From Candidatus Uhrbacteria bacterium GW2011_GWF2_39_13 (GTDB lineage: Bacteria; Patescibacteriota; Patescibacteriia; UBA9934; GWF2-40-263), in the NCBI GenBank assembly GCA_000993535.1, contig LBWG01000001.1, positions 22,442 to 86,441 of the forward strand: a stretch of 64,000 nucleotides of DNA, read 5' to 3'. A model generated the notes under the pieces. It was not told the origin of the DNA. It did no database searches and worked only from the letters and a program-made list of their open reading frames with translations. Below are positions 8,096 through 18,116 of the stretch, piece by piece (the stretch's first letter is position 1; the number at the start of each line of letters is the position of its first letter). A program made the translations under genes and the position numbers.

Positions 8096-10384
8096 ATGTC
8101 AAATCTTCTTATTGTCGAATCTCCGACAAAAGCGAAAACCATTTCAAAATATTTAGGAAAGGATTACAAAGTCCTTTCTTCATTTGGTCATATTCGAGAC
8201 CTGCCAAAAAGCAAATTAGGTGTAGATGTGGAACATGGTTTTGAACCAACCTATCTTATTCCAACAAAAAGCAAGAAAGCAGTCGCTGAACTAAAAAAAG
8301 CGGCAAAAGAAGCTGAGATGGTCTACCTAGCAACCGACGAAGACCGCGAAGGAGAAGCCATCGCTTGGCATGTGGCACAGGCTCTGAATCTTGACTCAAA
8401 AAAATACAAACGTGTGACGTTTCACGAAATCACACGAGAAGCCATCGAAGAAGCTGTGAAACATCCAAGAGACATTGATGAGCATCTGGTGGACGCACAG
8501 CAGGCCAGGCGCATCCTTGATCGGCTTGTGGGGTACGAACTCTCTCCTTTTTTGTGGCAAAAAATCCGTTATGGTCTTTCTGCTGGACGGGTTCAGTCTG
8601 TAGCTATGCGTCTGATTGTCGAACGAGAACGAGAACGCCGAGCTTTTATCATCGAGGAATACTGGACCATTGATGGAGAATTTCAAAAAGATTCTATTGC
8701 GTTTCCCGCCAAGCTCATCAGTCTAGATGGAAATAAAATTGAGAAAATGGATCTGAAAATAAAAGAACAAGCAGAAGGTATTGTAAAACAGCTCGCAGGG
8801 GCTCAAGCACGGGTGATTTCTGTAGAAAAAAAATTAACCAAGAAAGCTCCTCCAACTCCGTATACCACTTCCACACTGCAAATTGATGCAAACACAAAAC
8901 TGGGATTTAGCGCAAAACAAACCATGCGCCTTGCGCAAGAACTGTACGAAACCGGTCGCATCACCTACATGCGTACCGACTCTCTAAACTTGGCAGAAAA
9001 ATTTTTAGAAGAGACTCAACAATATATTCGCTCTGCCTTTGGAGAAAAATACGTTGAGGGATCAAAGCGCTATAAAACAAAAAAGAAAGGTGCTCAAGAA
9101 GCCCACGAAGCGATCCGTCCAACAGACGTAACTCTTGCTCCTTCAAACATAAAAACGGAACTCGAGTCGCGTGTATGGAAGCTTTATAACCTCATCTGGA
9201 ATCGAACGGTTGCCTCACAGCTTCCTTCGGCACAAGTAAATAGGACAAGCGTAGACATCATGGTGAGTACGTCTGTATTTCGAGCAAGCGGATCCTCTGT
9301 GGCTTTTGATGGATTCATGAAAGTGTATCAATCGACCAAAGAAAAACTCTTGCCTGATCTTGTAGAGGCAGAGCTTGTAGAGACAAAGGCGATTACCTGT
9401 GAACAACACTTTACCGAACCACCTGCCCGTTATTCAGACGCGAGTCTGGTCAAAGCGCTTGAGGAATTTGGAATCGGCCGTCCTTCCACCTATGCCCCAA
9501 CCATCAGTACGATTATTGATCGAGGATATGTGGAACGCGATGACCACAAAAAACTTGCGCCTACGGATATCGCGTTGATCGTAAACGATGTTCTCGTGGA
9601 ACATTTCCGACAAATCGTCGACTACGAATTCACCGCTATCATGGAAAATACCTTGGATGAAGTTGCAGAAGGAAAAGTAGACTGGGTTCCTACCTTAGAG
9701 GCGTTCTACGGACCTTTCCACAAAAACCTCCAAGAAAAATCCAAGCTTCTCAATCGCGAAGACATCATGCCTGATCGTATTCTGGGAATAGATCCTGAAA
9801 CAAAACTGCCTATCAGTGTAAAAACCGGACGGTTTGGAGGATTTGTCCAGGTGGGCGAATATACAAAAGAAGACAAGGAGGAGGGTAAACCAAAACCAAA
9901 AAGCGCCTCGCTTCTCAAAGGCATGAATATCGAATCTCTTACCCTTGCTCAAGCGCTTGAGTGCCTGTCGCTTCCTCGGGAGGTTGGAGTGACAGAAGAA
10001 GGAGAAAAGATCATGGCTGCTCTTGGACGGTTTGGTCCTTATCTTAAAGCAGGCGACGTGAGCGCAAGCCTTAAAGAGCCCTATGATCCTATCAATGTAG
10101 ATGAAGCAACGGCACGGATGATTTTGAAAGAATCTGCGGAGCTGAAGAAAAAAATGGTGACTCCTATTGCTGAGTTTGGCAAAGATCCTGCCAGCGACGG
10201 AGAGATCCTTCTCAAGCACGGGCGATTTGGTCCCTATCTCACCGATGGAATCACAAACGCTTCCCTTGGCCGCAAGCTCGCCCCAGAATTGATGACTCGA
10301 GAACTCGCGATCGAGATGCTCACAAAAAAACGGGGACAAAAACCCAGATATAAAAAACCAGAACCAAAAAAGAAACAAAAATAA
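8096..10384 (+). CDS. topA: DNA topoisomerase I
   Basis: 762 aa. Toprim start MSNLLIVESPTKAKTISKYLG, DxD motif, active-site Tyr region, three C-terminal GRFGPYL repeats and a Lys-rich tail. No C4 zinc ribbons seen. Confidence 0.93.
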   Translation: MSNLLIVESPTKAKTISKYLGKDYKVLSSFGHIRDLPKSKLGVDVEHGFEPTYLIPTKSKKAVAELKKAAKEAEMVYLATDEDREGEAIAWHVAQALNLDSKKYKRVTFHEITREAIEEAVKHPRDIDEHLVDAQQARRILDRLVGYELSPFLWQKIRYGLSAGRVQSVAMRLIVERERERRAFIIEEYWTIDGEFQKDSIAFPAKLISLDGNKIEKMDLKIKEQAEGIVKQLAGAQARVISVEKKLTKKAPPTPYTTSTLQIDANTKLGFSAKQTMRLAQELYETGRITYMRTDSLNLAEKFLEETQQYIRSAFGEKYVEGSKRYKTKKKGAQEAHEAIRPTDVTLAPSNIKTELESRVWKLYNLIWNRTVASQLPSAQVNRTSVDIMVSTSVFRASGSSVAFDGFMKVYQSTKEKLLPDLVEAELVETKAITCEQHFTEPPARYSDASLVKALEEFGIGRPSTYAPTISTIIDRGYVERDDHKKLAPTDIALIVNDVLVEHFRQIVDYEFTAIMENTLDEVAEGKVDWVPTLEAFYGPFHKNLQEKSKLLNREDIMPDRILGIDPETKLPISVKTGRFGGFVQVGEYTKEDKEEGKPKPKSASLLKGMNIESLTLAQALECLSLPREVGVTEEGEKIMAALGRFGPYLKAGDVSASLKEPYDPINVDEATARMILKESAELKKKMVTPIAEFGKDPASDGEILLKHGRFGPYLTDGITNASLGRKLAPELMTRELAIEMLTKKRGQKPRYKKPEPKKKQK

Positions 10385-10387
10385 AAA

Positions 10388-10415
10388 ATCACCGGTTTAA
10401 AACCGGTGATTTTTT
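10388..10415. terminator. bidirectional intrinsic terminator
   Basis: atcaccgg-tttaaaa-ccggtgat stem flanked by A6 on the left and T5 on the right. It lies between the topA stop (10384) and the stop of the convergent ORF (10414). Confidence 0.6.
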
Positions 10416-11217
10416 ATGCTTCTGCTTTATCCAAATCGTCTATCTCATCAAGAAGGACTTTTGCTGTCTCAGATCCGAAAGCCTTTCTCAATTTTATTTC
10501 TCGTTTCTTTTTCTTCGCAACAGCATCAACCTTGATCTCATACTTCTTCTCATCAGCGCGCAATTCAGTCAGAACTTTTTCAGCGAGTTTTTTGCGTTCT
10601 TCTCTCTTTTTGCTAATAATTTCGAATAATGATTTATCCAATCCTAACCACTTTCCCGTCTTATCCAATAAAGCCCCCATCTTTTTTGCCAAAGGAAAAT
10701 GCTTACTAAGGAGACGATCGCCGAGCGAATCCATTTTTCTCGCTAGCCAATCAACACCTGGAAGCACCATTCTCCCTGCCACATAAGCTGCAGCGCGCCC
10801 TGTATTATATCCAAGAAAAACTAAAGCAAATCCAGAACCCTTTGCACCTTTTGAAAGCAAACTCTCAGAAGAAGGTTTCGCTAATTCTTTTAAGGGAACA
10901 GCTTTCCCATCTGGAGCTTCATCCAAATCCACCGTTCGAATAGATTTAGCTTCAGGCGCCTCAGTAGAAGTTGGAAGCTGTTCTGGAGGTTTCTGGGTTT
11001 CAATATGTGCTGCTGTTTCAACAACAGCAGGTTTGGCTTCGGGTGTTGTCCGCGTATCCGACACTGATACCGGAGCAGCGACAACATCCGGAGGTTTAAC
11101 TTCCCCCCTATTACGACCCGAATGTGGAGCTTCCGCGTTAACGCTTTGTCTTTTAGGTATACTGAATCTTAATTTTCCTGGATTTGTTTCGTGTTCAGAC
11201 ATAAAAAATAAACTCAT
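10414..11217 (-). CDS. hypothetical protein (low-complexity P/A/T/E-rich N-half, hydrophobic segment, K/E-rich helical C-half)
   Basis: 267-aa ORF with codon-usage-consistent frame, divergent from rel. No recognisable family. Confidence 0.5.
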   Translation of the reverse strand: MSLFFMSEHETNPGKLRFSIPKRQSVNAEAPHSGRNRGEVKPPDVVAAPVSVSDTRTTPEAKPAVVETAAHIETQKPPEQLPTSTEAPEAKSIRTVDLDEAPDGKAVPLKELAKPSSESLLSKGAKGSGFALVFLGYNTGRAAAYVAGRMVLPGVDWLARKMDSLGDRLLSKHFPLAKKMGALLDKTGKWLGLDKSLFEIISKKREERKKLAEKVLTELRADEKKYEIKVDAVAKKKKREIKLRKAFGSETAKVLLDEIDDLDKAEA

Positions 11218-11282
11218 GATAATTATCTTAAGAATATCACAAAAACTTTACAGTACATAGAAACACCCTGTATCGTAACAAC

Positions 11283-12785
11283 ATGATGAGTGAACTTTTT
11301 CGCACCTATAACGAGCTTGAACAACTCGTCTTAAAAACCTATAAATCGCCGGACATTGAAACACTCCGGCGTGCGTATGATGTTGCTCAACATGCACACG
11401 CAGGAGAAGTACGTCTTACAGGACATCCAGTCATCAGCCATCCTGTCTGTGTCGCCTATCGACTGGCTCAAATGGGTCTACATCTTAATGTGGTGATTGC
11501 AGGAATCCTTCACGACGTGATCGAGGATTCTGAAATGACAATGAAATCATTACAAGAACAGTTTGGTATGGACGTCGCCACGCTCGTTGAAAGCGTTACA
11601 AAACTCAAACACAGCATCAACTATCGAGGAGAGGAACGCTATGCCGAAAACATGCGCAAAATGTTTTTAGCGATGGCAAGTGACGTGCGTGTTGTTTTTA
11701 TGAAATTTGCAGACCGTCTGCATAATCTTGAAACGCTGTATGGTCAACCAAAACATAAACAAGAACGTATCGCTCGAGAATCCTTAGAAATTTATGCGCC
11801 GATTGCAGGACGTTTAGGAATGAGTGAGATCAAAGGTGAGTTAGAAGACGGATCTTTCGCCTATCTTTCACCAAAGGAATATGAACGCATAAAAAATATC
11901 ATGGACATCAAAGTTCGTGAAAAAGGAGCGTACGTCAGTCGTATTATTGATCAAATCGAAAAACTGTTGAACAAAACCTCCATGGAGGATTTTCAAGTTC
12001 ATGGTCGCGTCAAACGTCTTTTCAGTCTTTATACAAAATTGAATAAATATCAGGGAGATCTTAGTAAAATTTACGACCTCATCGCCGTACGTATTATTGT
12101 CAGCGACGTAGAAGAATGTTATATGACGCTGGGTTTGCTGCATCAACATTGGCGTCCTCTTCCTGGACGAATCAAAGATTATATTGCTCAACCAAAACCT
12201 AATGGATATCAATCTCTTCACACAACTGTATTTACAGAAAACGGAGAAATCGTGGAATTCCAAATTAGAACCCTAGAAATGCACGAATTGGCTGAATACG
12301 GTGTGGCAGCCCACTGGCGCTACAAAGAAGGAACGCACAAACCCATACGCAATACCCAGTGGATGGAAGAGCTCGCACAAATTCAAAAAGAACTTCAAAA
12401 CAAAAAAAATTTCATGGAACAATTAGAGATCATGAAAATCGATGTCTTCAAAGATCGAATTTTCGTCTTTACTCCCCAAGGCGACGTGATCGATCTGCCG
12501 GAAGGTGCAACACCGATTGACTTTGCTTATGCCATACACACAGAAGTAGGAAACAAATGTACAGCTGTACGTATCAATGAAGTCATGCGCAACATCGATA
12601 CGACCCTCTTTTCAGGAGATATTGTAGAAATCATTACAGACAAAAATCGAAGAGGACCAAATCCCGATTGGATGAAATTCGCCAAAACTCGTCACGCAAG
12701 AACCAAAATCAAAGACGCAACCCATCACACGGTCAAAGGCTGGTTTGCCGAAGTATTGAAAGGAAGAGAAAAAGCCAAAAAATAA
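11283..12785 (+). CDS. rel: bifunctional (p)ppGpp synthetase/hydrolase, RelA/SpoT homolog (short form)
   Basis: 500 aa. HD hydrolase motif (HPVCVAYRLAQ...ILHDVIEDS), synthetase motifs (DLIAVRIIV, YQSLHTTV) and a TGS domain (FVFTPQGDVIDLPEGATPIDFAYAIHTEVG). The protein ends shortly after TGS. Confidence 0.9.
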   Translation: MMSELFRTYNELEQLVLKTYKSPDIETLRRAYDVAQHAHAGEVRLTGHPVISHPVCVAYRLAQMGLHLNVVIAGILHDVIEDSEMTMKSLQEQFGMDVATLVESVTKLKHSINYRGEERYAENMRKMFLAMASDVRVVFMKFADRLHNLETLYGQPKHKQERIARESLEIYAPIAGRLGMSEIKGELEDGSFAYLSPKEYERIKNIMDIKVREKGAYVSRIIDQIEKLLNKTSMEDFQVHGRVKRLFSLYTKLNKYQGDLSKIYDLIAVRIIVSDVEECYMTLGLLHQHWRPLPGRIKDYIAQPKPNGYQSLHTTVFTENGEIVEFQIRTLEMHELAEYGVAAHWRYKEGTHKPIRNTQWMEELAQIQKELQNKKNFMEQLEIMKIDVFKDRIFVFTPQGDVIDLPEGATPIDFAYAIHTEVGNKCTAVRINEVMRNIDTTLFSGDIVEIITDKNRRGPNPDWMKFAKTRHARTKIKDATHHTVKGWFAEVLKGREKAKK

Positions 12786-12796
12786 TTCTCAAACAA

Positions 12797-12822
12797 AAAC
12801 AGGATCGTATGATCCTGTTTTT
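12797..12822. terminator. bidirectional intrinsic terminator between rel and parB
   Basis: acaggatc-gtat-gatcctgt hairpin followed by T6 on plus, with an A/T-rich run on the other side. It abuts the parB stop. Confidence 0.55.
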
Positions 12823-13682
12823 TAAAATCCTGATAATCGGTCGAGTAAATCAAGGAGTTCATCGCGAGAATAAAAAGAGAGAGAGATGGAACCTTTGCCT
12901 GAGGATTCTTTGATATCAATTTTTGTTCCAAATATTTCTCGTAGGCGTTTTTCATGAGCAAGAATGTTTGGATCTTTTTTAGAAATCTTACGAACAGACG
13001 ATCGCGGCGAACTGGATATACGCGCTTCCGCTTCACGAACAGTCACTCCCCCATTTAACATTTGTTCAAATAATATCTGCCGTTTTTGTTCATCATCTTC
13101 TGCTAACAGAGTTCGTGCATGAGATTTATAAATTTTCCCTTCTTTAAGAGCAATGAGTATTGGTTCCGGAAGTTCTAACAGACGCACAATGTTTGCGATG
13201 TTCGAACGGCTTTTGCCAACACGCTTTCCTACTTCTTCTTGAGTCAAATTAAATTCATCCAACAAGGCTTTATATGCAATCGCTTCTTCCACAGGACTTA
13301 AATCCTGACGTTGGATATTTTCAATCAATGCTAATTCAAGTTTTTGTTGTTCGTCTGCCTCGCGAACAATGACAGGTATTGTTTTTAAACCCAATGTTCG
13401 TGAAGCACGAAGACGACGCTCACCGGCGATAAGTTCAAATCCTTGTCCGGAACGGGTCACGACCAACGGTTGAAGGATACCATGTTCTTTGATAGATCCA
13501 ATCAGATCTTCCAAATCTGCTGGAGAGAAATGATGGCGCGGTTGGCGAGGATTCTCAACAATATCGTCAACCGAAACCTCTAACACAAGGGTACGGGCTT
13601 CAGGAACCACTTGTTCGGTGATACTTTGTTTTTGCGGAATCAAGGAACCCAATCCTCGACCTAACGCTGATTTTGTATTCAT
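12822..13682 (-). CDS. parB: chromosome partitioning protein ParB
   Basis: 286 aa. ParB box GILQPLVVTR...ELIAGERRLRA and an HTH region. Confidence 0.93.
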   Translation of the reverse strand: MNTKSALGRGLGSLIPQKQSITEQVVPEARTLVLEVSVDDIVENPRQPRHHFSPADLEDLIGSIKEHGILQPLVVTRSGQGFELIAGERRLRASRTLGLKTIPVIVREADEQQKLELALIENIQRQDLSPVEEAIAYKALLDEFNLTQEEVGKRVGKSRSNIANIVRLLELPEPILIALKEGKIYKSHARTLLAEDDEQKRQILFEQMLNGGVTVREAEARISSSPRSSVRKISKKDPNILAHEKRLREIFGTKIDIKESSGKGSISLSFYSRDELLDLLDRLSGF

Positions 13683-13688
13683 AAAAAA

Positions 13689-14462
13689 TTACAGTCTTCC
13701 TTCTTCACGCAAAAGAAATTCTTTTGTCAGACGTTCATACGCTTTTGCCGCTTTGGAGGAAGGATCATAGCTCAAAATGGTTTTGCCAAAAGAAGGGGCT
13801 TCAGCAAGGCGCACAGAACGTGGAATAACGCTCCGAAAAATTTTATCTGGAAAATAACGATAGAGTTCTTCCAATACCTCTTTAGAAAGACGAGTACGAC
13901 CGTCATACATCGTAATGATAGCTCCCATGATATCCAAAGAAGGTTTCAAACTGTCCCGAACCAAATTCACGGTATTTAACAACTGGGAAAGACCTTCAAG
14001 AGCAAAATACTCAGCTTGAACGGGAATCAGCACAGAATCTGAAGCGACTAATCCATTAATGGTAAGCATCCCAAGAGAAGGAGGATTGTCGATAAAAATA
14101 TAATCATAATCATTACGTACCTCCAGAAGAGCTTTTCGCAAAAAATGCTCACGTTCTTGTGCATTTACCAATTCGACACTGGCTCCTGCCAAGGCTTGTG
14201 TTGCAGGAAGAATTTTTAATCCAGCATGTTCTGTTGGATGAATCAATTGACGAACACCATGAGATCCAACAAGTCCCTCATACACTCCGGCTGAAAGAGT
14301 TTTATAATCAATTCCCACACCTGAGGTGGCATTGGCTTGAGGATCTAAATCCACCAGCAAAACAAATTTTCCTGCATCAGCTAAAAATGCAGCCAAATTT
14401 AATGTGGTCGTTGTCTTCCCTACTCCTCCTTTTTGATTTACCACTGAAATAATATGTGCCAT
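13689..14462 (-). CDS. parA: chromosome partitioning ATPase ParA/Soj
   Basis: 257 aa. Deviant Walker A VVNQKGGVGKTTTT and a ParA-type core. Confidence 0.93.
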   Translation of the reverse strand: MAHIISVVNQKGGVGKTTTTLNLAAFLADAGKFVLLVDLDPQANATSGVGIDYKTLSAGVYEGLVGSHGVRQLIHPTEHAGLKILPATQALAGASVELVNAQEREHFLRKALLEVRNDYDYIFIDNPPSLGMLTINGLVASDSVLIPVQAEYFALEGLSQLLNTVNLVRDSLKPSLDIMGAIITMYDGRTRLSKEVLEELYRYFPDKIFRSVIPRSVRLAEAPSFGKTILSYDPSSKAAKAYERLTKEFLLREEGRL

Positions 14463-14554
14463 AACAATACGACCATTATACCCGAAGAGGAAAAAAACAC
14501 ACAGAAGATCTCTATTTCTTAACTCACCTTATGCAAGATTTCATCTCATTATTT

Positions 14555-14658
14555 CTCCTTCGACTCGTCGATGACTCCTCGCTCAGGGAATATGATGAGG
14601 AAATTGAATATAAATATTCCCTGAGCGCAGGCTCGTCCGACGAGCCGGAGTCGAAGGG
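14555..14658. other. GC-rich compound inverted repeat / structured element between recO and parA
   Basis: Outer arms ccttcgactc/gagtcgaagg (10 bp), inner arms gctcagggaatat/atattccctgagc (13 bp) and nested small palindromes (ggctcg..cgagcc). It is ~60% GC in a ~40% GC genome. Confidence 0.4.
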
Positions 14659-14682
14659 GCAGATGTTGCGTAAGGTGAGTTT

Positions 14683-15459
14683 TTAACAGACCTGACAAGC
14701 CGCCCTCAAAGAGGACGCTGGGATTGTTGGAAAATGAGAAATGATGAGAGATTCAACCGCTTCATGGAAACCAGATAAATCCTCCGCTTTTAAACGAGGA
14801 CGTAAAGAAGATTCAAATGTTTGTTCCATGCCAAAACGAATCAATTTTAAAACTTCATCTGTAATCGGACGAGCAGAAAACCATTGTTGTGGATCCAAAC
14901 GCGTACAGGTCAGACACACAACCCCGCCTTTTAATCCATGCCATTGATACTGATTTGATTCAATTGCTCTGCGGCAACCGAGACAATGATTTAATTCTGG
15001 ACGATATCCCACAAAAGAAAGCAACTTGAGCGCAAATCCACCCAACAAGAATCCTGCACGTTCTGGAGAAAAAAATGTTTCCGTATTCAAAAATCTCAAC
15101 CAAGATTCCAATAACTCATAAATATGCGGATCAGATTCCTGCGGGCGTGTTCCGATATCTACTAGATGAAGGGCGTTTTGGGCAAGGACAAGTTTAGGTA
15201 ATTGGGTATAAATAGATGGAAAGGCAAGACGACGATCAACTCCTGCCACAATCTGATACGCATATCCATGAACAAGAAGCAGATCCACAATTGCAACCAT
15301 TTCTAAATGAGGTGTTAGTTTTGCAAGCGGTTTATGACCACCACGGGCAATGAACTCGACTTTTCCTTTGTCTGGAGTAAAAACGCAATACCAGCGATCT
15401 GTTTCTTTATGATCACGTCTGGAGAGCACAATAGCTTTTGTCTGATATAACGAAGACAT
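14683..15459 (-). CDS. recO: DNA repair protein RecO
   Basis: 258 aa. N-terminal OB-fold region typical of RecO (AIVLSRRDHKETDRWYCVFTPDKGKVEFIARGG) and a C-terminal Cys4 zinc motif (CLGC...CLTC). Confidence 0.8.
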   Translation of the reverse strand: MSSLYQTKAIVLSRRDHKETDRWYCVFTPDKGKVEFIARGGHKPLAKLTPHLEMVAIVDLLLVHGYAYQIVAGVDRRLAFPSIYTQLPKLVLAQNALHLVDIGTRPQESDPHIYELLESWLRFLNTETFFSPERAGFLLGGFALKLLSFVGYRPELNHCLGCRRAIESNQYQWHGLKGGVVCLTCTRLDPQQWFSARPITDEVLKLIRFGMEQTFESSLRPRLKAEDLSGFHEAVESLIISHFPTIPASSLRAACQVC

Positions 15460-15462
15460 GAA

Positions 15463-16452
15463 TTAGAACGAACGGGTATTGAGCATGCTCACGTCCGGTT
15501 CTTCTTGTTTGAAGCGATCCGGATCAATAGTCCGTTCAAAACAGGTGTGTTCTGCATCATGGGACCAAATATCAAAACTGGAATCCCCATATCCAAATTC
15601 GTAATACACAGGAATTGAATGAGTTTCGCTCGTAGAGTCAAACTGGGTCTCAAACGTTGCACACAATTCAAAGCTCAATTCCCCTATCATACGATATTCA
15701 TACGACTGTTTTGTTTCCGGATCCATCGGAGAACGGTATCCACTCAAATCATCTTCTAAGAGGCTCAAATTCTCTGGCAAGACATCTTTATTCTGCCAAT
15801 AATTGATAAGACTTGATTGGATGGTTTGTAAATCATTCACTCGTTGGAGATCCATGCGGACATTGCGTTGCTGTGCAGGAGAACCGATTACAAAAAAACT
15901 GGCAACAATACTCCCAAGAATGACAAGAGAACTGACGATAGCTGTCATGAGAGGAATACGCGTCTTTTCCAAAGGATCGCGACGAAGTTCCCAAAGGTAA
16001 TAAGAAAACACAGGAATCGCTACAACCAAAACAGCAAGAACTTTCAAAATAAAACGGGTCGTGACCTCTCCGCCCAAAAAAGTGTTTATAAGCGTAATCA
16101 AATCAATAATGATGGTAATAGCTCCTACAAAAAGCATGAGGTGCAAAAGCCACTTACGGATCCAGATAAATTGTTTCTCTTTGTCAGATTTCAAATCTTT
16201 TGCAATGAACTTGGACATAAACAAGACAACCGGCCAGGCGATAACCAAAGCTGAAATTCCCCCACGCATGGCCATCAGCGCCCCTTCGCGCCAGTAATAA
16301 TCCAAGGTATCTGGAAATTGAACATTTACGTATTGAAAAACAACAGTCAAAAAACTCACAATGCTCACAATAAGCATCGAAATAAGAAGCAAATACAAAA
16401 ACACATCTCGAGCCGTACTTTTCACTTGTGGATGAACTAAAAGTTTGGTCAT
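15463..16452 (-). CDS. integral membrane protein, function unknown
   Basis: 329 aa. About 4 predicted TM helices in the N-terminal 190 aa, then a soluble C-terminal domain. Resembles CPR-type DUF membrane proteins, but the family is not assigned. Confidence 0.55.
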   Translation of the reverse strand: MTKLLVHPQVKSTARDVFLYLLLISMLIVSIVSFLTVVFQYVNVQFPDTLDYYWREGALMAMRGGISALVIAWPVVLFMSKFIAKDLKSDKEKQFIWIRKWLLHLMLFVGAITIIIDLITLINTFLGGEVTTRFILKVLAVLVVAIPVFSYYLWELRRDPLEKTRIPLMTAIVSSLVILGSIVASFFVIGSPAQQRNVRMDLQRVNDLQTIQSSLINYWQNKDVLPENLSLLEDDLSGYRSPMDPETKQSYEYRMIGELSFELCATFETQFDSTSETHSIPVYYEFGYGDSSFDIWSHDAEHTCFERTIDPDRFKQEEPDVSMLNTRSF

Positions 16453-16455
16453 AGA

Positions 16456-18078
16456 TTATTTTTTTAACGCCGCTGCGATAAACGCTTTAAACAAAGGGTG
16501 GGGTCTTAAGGGACGGGATTTGAATTCTGGGTGGAATTGAACGCCGACAAAAAATGGGTGATCTTTAAGCTCTACGATTTCAACCAATCCTGTTTGTGGG
16601 TTTACTCCTGAAATGGTCAAGCCTTTTTCTTGAATCATCTGAGCGTAATCGTTATTAAACTCGTAACGATGACGATGACGCTCTGAAATATGTGAAGTTT
16701 TATAAGCTTTTTGAGCAATCGATCCTGAGGATAAATCACAATTATATGCACCCAAGCGCATCGTGCCTCCATAACGATTTTCTCGAATATTCTTTAATTG
16801 AACGGGATTCACATGAATGATCGGATCGGTAGTATTCTCATCCACTTCAACGGTGTGAGCTCCTTTTTTACCAAGAACATGGCGAGCAAATTCAACCGTT
16901 GCTAGTTGCATTCCGTAACAAATACCAAAATATGGAATCTTATTTTCTCGACAAAACTTTACGGTAGAAATCACCCCTTCGATACCACGAATTCCAAACC
17001 CTCCTGGAACAAGAACACCTTGGTAATCAGAAAGGTCTTTCAGTTTCTCAGGGTTGTTTTCAAAATCCTCAGAATTAATCCAATCCATTTCGATCTTGGC
17101 TTTATTTGCCCAAGATGCATGTTTGAGCGCCTCAATCACAGAAATATAGGAATCCGAAAGAGTGTAATTTCCTGTAGCAAAATATTTTCCAACAACGGCA
17201 ATCCTCACTGTCTTTTTTGCATTCTCCTGAACATTTGCCATCGTATTCCATTGGCGCAAATCTGCGCCTTTGGGTTTAACGCCAAATTTTTTCAACACCT
17301 CATCGGAAAATCCTTGTTTCTCAAATACGCCTGGAATGCGATAAATACTTGAAACGTCAGGAGCTGAAATCACGTCGTTTGGTCTGACATTGCAAAAAAC
17401 AGACAACTTTTCTCGCCGAGGTTTGTCCATATAATGTTCCCCTCGACAAACAATAAAATCCGGATGAATCCCTGCACTATTGAGCGTACGTGTGGCGTGT
17501 TGCGTCGGTTTGGTTTTCATCTCCCCTAAATGTTTTGGGATAGGGAGATAACTCACTAAAATAAACAACACCTTTTTTGGATCTGCCAAGTGCATCATGC
17601 GCGCGGCCTCCAAAAAAAGAATATTTTCATACTCCCCTACGGTTCCTCCAATTTCCACAACCGTAAAATCTGCACGTGCATGATCGCTGGCTTTTTTAAT
17701 CCGACGAATGACCTCTTCAGGAATATGGGGAACCACCTGCACGCAGCGTCCTTGATATCCCAAATTACGCTCCCGTTCAATAACAGTTTGATACACGCGT
17801 CCGGTGGTCATGTAATTGAGAGAGGTCAGATCGGTTTCCAGAAACCGTTCATAATTTCCCATATCCTGATCTGTTTCATCTCCGTCATCTGTCACAAACA
17901 CTTCACCATGTTCAACAGGATTCATGGTTCCAGCATCGACGTTCACATAGGGATCAATCTTGATCGCGGTAACGGTAAAACCACGCGACTGAAGAATCTT
18001 CCCAATAGAAGCACTGGTGACACCCTTTCCAACGCCCGACATAACGCCACCCACAACAAAAATATAACGATGAGTCAT
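16456..18078 (-). CDS. pyrG: CTP synthase
   Basis: 540 aa. N-terminal synthetase domain MTHRYIFVVGGVMSGVGKG and a C-terminal glutamine amidotransferase with Cys-His-Glu triad context (GICYGMQ). Confidence 0.95.
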   Translation of the reverse strand: MTHRYIFVVGGVMSGVGKGVTSASIGKILQSRGFTVTAIKIDPYVNVDAGTMNPVEHGEVFVTDDGDETDQDMGNYERFLETDLTSLNYMTTGRVYQTVIERERNLGYQGRCVQVVPHIPEEVIRRIKKASDHARADFTVVEIGGTVGEYENILFLEAARMMHLADPKKVLFILVSYLPIPKHLGEMKTKPTQHATRTLNSAGIHPDFIVCRGEHYMDKPRREKLSVFCNVRPNDVISAPDVSSIYRIPGVFEKQGFSDEVLKKFGVKPKGADLRQWNTMANVQENAKKTVRIAVVGKYFATGNYTLSDSYISVIEALKHASWANKAKIEMDWINSEDFENNPEKLKDLSDYQGVLVPGGFGIRGIEGVISTVKFCRENKIPYFGICYGMQLATVEFARHVLGKKGAHTVEVDENTTDPIIHVNPVQLKNIRENRYGGTMRLGAYNCDLSSGSIAQKAYKTSHISERHRHRYEFNNDYAQMIQEKGLTISGVNPQTGLVEIVELKDHPFFVGVQFHPEFKSRPLRPHPLFKAFIAAALKK

Positions 18079-18116
18079 AATGATAGATAAAACGGGCCGC
18101 GTTATGGCCCGCTTAA

